From positions 1,520-65,519 of the forward strand of contig CAYFOI010000003.1 in NCBI GenBank assembly GCA_964344725.1: a stretch of 64,000 bases of DNA, in the 5' to 3' direction. The notes beneath the pieces were generated by a model, which did no database searches, was not told the DNA's origin, and saw nothing but the letters and a program-made list of their open reading frames with translations. Of this stretch, positions 62,311 through 64,000 are shown one piece after another. Made by a program: the position numbers and the translations under genes. The stretch's first letter is position 1, and the number at the start of each line of letters is the position of its first letter. This DNA comes from an uncultured Candidatus Peribacteria bacterium. Its GTDB lineage: Bacteria > Patescibacteriota > Gracilibacteria > UBA1369 > UBA12470.

Positions 62311-62342
62311 GGTTAGTAGTTTAGTAGGTTAGTAAGTTAGAT

Positions 62343-62717
62343 CTAGACCTTTCGTGGTCTAGGTCTGCGGCATCCGTTATGCGGGATAGGTGTTTTATCG
62401 TAAATAGATTCAATGTCTAAACCATTAGCGATTAGAGCTCTTATTGCTTGTTCTCTTCCGGTGCCGACTCCCTTCACGAATACATCTACTTTTTCTAGTC
62501 CGTATACCTTAGCTTTCTCAACAGCCCCCTCTGTTGCTACTTGCGCTGCATATGGAGTTGATTTTTTAGTTCCTTTAAAACCGCTTGCTCCTGCGCTGTG
62601 CCATGCTATTACATCTCCTGATTCGTCTGTTATTGTGACGATGGTGTTGTTGTAACTTGCGTTAATATAAACTTTACCTTTTTGGATGCTGCGTCTTTTT
62701 TTGCTTGTTGTTGCCAT
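62343..62717 (-). CDS. rpsK: 30S ribosomal protein S11
   Basis: [37 protein letters not shown] and [16 protein letters not shown]. Confidence 0.93.
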   Translation of the reverse strand: MATTSKKRRSIQKGKVYINASYNNTIVTITDESGDVIAWHSAGASGFKGTKKSTPYAAQVATEGAVEKAKVYGLEKVDVFVKGVGTGREQAIRALIANGLDIESIYDKTPIPHNGCRRPRPRKV

Positions 62718-62757
62718 TTTTAGTAGCTTAGTAGGTTAGTAAGTTAGTAGGTTAGCG

Positions 62758-63138
62758 TTATTTCTTTTGGTCTTTAATTTTTCCGCTTCCCATTGTGACT
62801 TTTTTTCCTCGCTTTGTTCTTGCGTTTGTCTTTGTTCGCTGACCTCTTGCAGGAAGTTTCCTGCGATGCCTATATCCTCTATATGAACCTACGTCTTGTA
62901 GTCTTTTTATGTCTAAACCAACTTTTCTTCTAAGGTCTCCTTCTGTAGGCAGTTTGTCTATCTTTCCTCTTAATTTTGCGATATCTGCTTCCGAAAGCTC
63001 GTGGACTTTCGTGTTTTTGTTGATATTTAGTTCGTCTAAGATCTCGTTACTTAAACTTCTACCTATACCGTTAATGTATGTCAGAGCTACTTCGATCCTC
63101 TTATCTTTTGGGAGGTTAACACCACAAATTCTAGCCAT
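62758..63138 (-). CDS. rpsM: 30S ribosomal protein S13
   Basis: [26 protein letters not shown] and [24 protein letters not shown]. Confidence 0.93.
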   Translation of the reverse strand: MARICGVNLPKDKRIEVALTYINGIGRSLSNEILDELNINKNTKVHELSEADIAKLRGKIDKLPTEGDLRRKVGLDIKRLQDVGSYRGYRHRRKLPARGQRTKTNARTKRGKKVTMGSGKIKDQKK

Positions 63139-63159
63139 ATTATTTTTAAGTTAAAAAGT

Positions 63160-63285
63160 TTACCCTTGTCTTTGTTTATGCTTAGGGTTGTTGCAAATTA
63201 CACGAATTACCTTCCCTTTTTTGCTTCCTCGTATGATGATTCGGCATTTGTCACAAATTTTCTTTACTGATGATCTTACTTTCAT
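63160..63285 (-). CDS. rpmJ: 50S ribosomal protein L36 (41 aa; too short for the ORF track)
   Basis: My reverse-strand translation gives [41 protein letters not shown]-stop. It has the Zn-ribbon pattern CxxC...C-x4-H and sits in the conserved position between infA and rpsM. Confidence 0.88.
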   Translation of the reverse strand: MKVRSSVKKICDKCRIIIRGSKKGKVIRVICNNPKHKQRQG

Positions 63286-63318
63286 AGGGTATAGGGTGTA
63301 GGGTTGCAGGGTATGTAT

Positions 63319-63543
63319 TTAAGATTTGTGTCTAAATACAATGCGGCCTTTTGTCGGGTCATAAGGAGTAAGCTCTACTGTGACCTTGTCTCCTGGCAAT
63401 ATGCGTATATAGTTCTTACGCATTCTTCCTGATAGATGAGCTGTTATTGTGTGCTGCGTTTCGTCCAGTTTTACTTCGAATGTTGTGCTTGGCAGACATG
63501 TTACTACGACTCCTTCGGCTTGAATTGCGTCGTCTTTGCTCAT
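63319..63543 (-). CDS. infA: Translation initiation factor IF-1
   Basis: [60 protein letters not shown]. Confidence 0.93.
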   Translation of the reverse strand: MSKDDAIQAEGVVVTCLPSTTFEVKLDETQHTITAHLSGRMRKNYIRILPGDKVTVELTPYDPTKGRIVFRHKS

Positions 63544-63649
63544 CGGTAAATGGTAATTAAACCTGTAAAAAGGCTTGTTGATATAAAAAGCTCTTGGAGT
63601 TTACAGGAAGGATACCCCTATTGCAAGCCTTTTTAGACGGATTCCTAAA

Positions 63650-64000
63650 TCAGCTTGACAGGGTTAATAATTCGTTGCCTAAAGGCGTGATTAGCACGGT
63701 ATGTTCGACTTGGATGGCTAAGGAGTTGTCCGTTGTTACGACCGTCCATTTGTCTTCTAGCGTTCGTGTGTGTCTGGTACCTACTGCAATTATAGGTTCG
63801 ATGGCTATTGTCATACCTGGTTTTAGGGTAGGGCCTGTGCCTCTTTTACCAAAATTATTAATGATTGGTGGTTCGTGTAGTTTTTTCCCGACTCCATGGC
63901 CTGTTAATTCTTTGATTATATGGTATCCGGCGTTGTGCACTACTGTTTGTATGGCGTTGCCAATATCTCCTATTGTGTTCCCTGGTTTAGCTTGGTTTAT
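63650..64000 (-). CDS. map: Methionine aminopeptidase type I, N-terminus beyond the right window edge
   Basis: Motifs GHGVGKKLHEPPII, TIAIEPII and VQVEHTVLIT. The frame stays open upstream of the track's ATG through to base 64000 (INQAKPGNTIGDIGNAIQTVVHNAG). Confidence 0.88.
   Translation of the reverse strand: MNQAKPGNTIGDIGNAIQTVVHNAGYHIIKELTGHGVGKKLHEPPIINNFGKRGTGPTLKPGMTIAIEPIIAVGTRHTRTLEDKWTVVTTDNSLAIQVEHTVLITPLGNELLTLSS

Overview
The window is a gene-dense bacterial chromosome segment that uses the standard genetic code: TGA, TAG and TAA all terminate recognisable genes. GC content is moderate to low. I found no rRNA genes, CRISPR arrays, transposases or integrases.

Gene content, left to right:
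- Two giant surface-protein genes on the minus strand. One runs off the left edge and is missing from the ORF track.
- folK, a split transketolase, an orphan ORF, an SLH protein and a 1414-aa envelope protein.
- prs-rpiB-rpe, tRNA-Arg(GCG), uvrB and three orphan ORFs.
- A long minus-strand block: carA, two SLH wall proteins, a DnaQ/DinG-like gene, a nine-gene V-type ATPase operon, and DUF2207.
- A plus-strand pyrimidine set (pyrB, pyrC, pyrD, pyrK, pyrE, pyrF) interleaved with lineage-specific ORFs.
- rsmA, a YggU-like gene, a P-type ATPase and trmD.
- The rplM-rpsI and map-infA-rpmJ-rpsM-rpsK-rpsD-rpoA-rplQ ribosomal block.

The overall picture (split tkt, V-ATPase, SLH and giant surface proteins, many orphans) resembles an uncultivated small-genome (CPR-like) bacterium. 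That is inference only.

The most unusual signal is in the intergenic DNA, not the proteins:
1. Three housekeeping genes (rpiB, uvrB, pyrC) are each preceded by a diverged, ATG-retaining copy of their own first 9-12 codons, followed by a long hairpin element.
2. The hairpin elements fall into families whose stems differ between copies but stay complementary, while their loops or internal loops are conserved.
3. Most operon spacers are built from G-poor (sense strand) 7-8-nt tandem words with stops in all frames and no Shine-Dalgarno sequence. They also carry a shared 25-nt leader box and a dispersed GGAGCGCTTCGCGC hairpin.
4. The same word repeats occur in frame inside a CDS.

Other notable points are an rsmA with no canonical start codon and a V-ATPase c-ring that carries the Na+-site motif.
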